Of a DNA stretch of 37,700 bases, positions 36,751 through 37,700 are shown one piece after another. Every line of letters starts with the position of its first letter. The stretch's first letter is position 1. This DNA comes from Octopus bimaculoides. Its lineage: Eukaryota. The notes under the pieces were generated by a model. It did not search any database, was not told the DNA's origin, and saw nothing but the letters and a program-made list of their open reading frames with translations. The stretch lies in contig NC_068983.1 of NCBI RefSeq assembly GCF_001194135.2, forward strand, positions 117,550,188 to 117,587,887. The letters run 5' to 3'. The translations under genes were made by a program, and so were the position numbers.

Positions 36751-37119
36751 AGCTGTGTGGTAAGTAGCTTGCTTACCAACGACATGGTTCCGGGTTCAGT
36801 CCCACTGCATGGCACCTTGGGCAAGTGTCTTCTGCTCTAGCCTCGGGCTGACCAAAGCCTTATGAGTGGATTTGGTAGACGGAAACTGAAAGAAGCCTGT
36901 CGTATATATGTATGTATATGTGTGTTTGTGTGTGTGTGTGTATTTGTGTGTTGTGTTTGTCCCCCCAACATCACTTGACAACCGATGCTGGTGTGTTTAC
37001 GTCCCCGTAACTAGGCTTACAAAGAATAAGTCCTGGGGTCGATTTGCTCGACTAAAGGCGGTGCTCCGGCATGGCCGCAGTCAAATGACTGAAACAAGTA
37101 AAAGAGTAAAAGAAAAGAG
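36751..37119 (+). mobile_element. tRNA-derived CORE-like SINE family A (internal deletion)
   Basis: GCTGTGTGGTAAGTAGCTTGC...GGGTTCAGTCCC...GGCACCTTGGGCAAGTGTC...AAGTAAAAGAGTAAAAGA. It lacks the ~35-nt segment after CCCCGTAAC that is present in the 13297 copy. Confidence 0.9.
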
Positions 37120-37700
37120 TATATATGTACACACACACACGTTTTCTTCTTTTTTTTTTTTATTCGACGGAGCAGAGTTCCTGTCCTTTCTCATACTTGT
37201 CGTGACATATTTTTCCATTTGCTTTCGTTTCTTCTTTCTATCCGTCTGTGTTTAATTTGTAAATGTTTTGCAACGTTACATTATGTTAACATATTAACAT
37301 TTTTTTTGTTTTCTTCCGAATACTTTGCCTTCTGGTTTCTATTTTATCACGACAAATCTGTTTTTGCTCCATATATATTTTACTTCTATCCATGTTACTT
37401 TAAATTTGAATGCGAGAATGGATGAAAATACTTTCGTTTTCTTTTTCTTCTCTTATACTCTCTTTATGAATATTGGAAGTAGTTCAGTAGTATTTTTTAC
37501 TTTTATTTCCTTTCCTGGAGTTTTCTCGTGCAAAAGTGTTTCAATTCATATATTTGACACTGATAAAGTAAGAATTATCTGAATTATCTTATATATTTAA
37601 AAACATAAGTTTTTAGTTCGACCTTTAAGAATTAAGAGCAAACAAAGACTCACAGGGTCCATTTCATTGAAAATATAGATCTCATTATTTATATATATAT

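Overview
AT-rich eukaryotic scaffold with 9 N-gaps and dense microsatellites. The SINE families resemble those I recall from Octopus, so the source is probably an octopus short-read assembly (inference). No intact, recognisable host gene is present, and most entries in the ORF track are microsatellite or gap artefacts. The window is mainly mobile-element debris: a decayed REL-endonuclease LINE (R4/Dong-like, 1.7-2.7 kb, -), an RTE-like LINE fragment (-), a 5'-truncated Penelope-like element (PLE; RT end plus GIY-YIG, 29.5-31.0 kb, -), a decayed pogo/Tigger DDE transposon (33.4-34.9 kb, -), three tRNA-derived SINE families, three Helitron-type non-autonomous elements, and a multi-layer nested insertion at 19.0-20.6 kb. 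The most notable signal is RNA-level. Several hammerhead ribozyme (HHR) motifs from different families occur here. One is a complete type-I HHR at the PLE 3' end. Another lies in a short element that joins a tRNA-derived Pol III head to a minimal HHR and is bracketed by PLE-style inverted copies of its own tail (35.1-35.5 kb, with a second headless copy at 36.0-36.2 kb), a candidate PLE-mobilised 'ribozyme SINE'. The PLE endonuclease also has its GIY and YIG motifs split by a ~350-nt internally repeated Thr/Ser-rich insert. A few splice-site-bounded open frames on + may be exons of an unidentified host gene, but support is weak.
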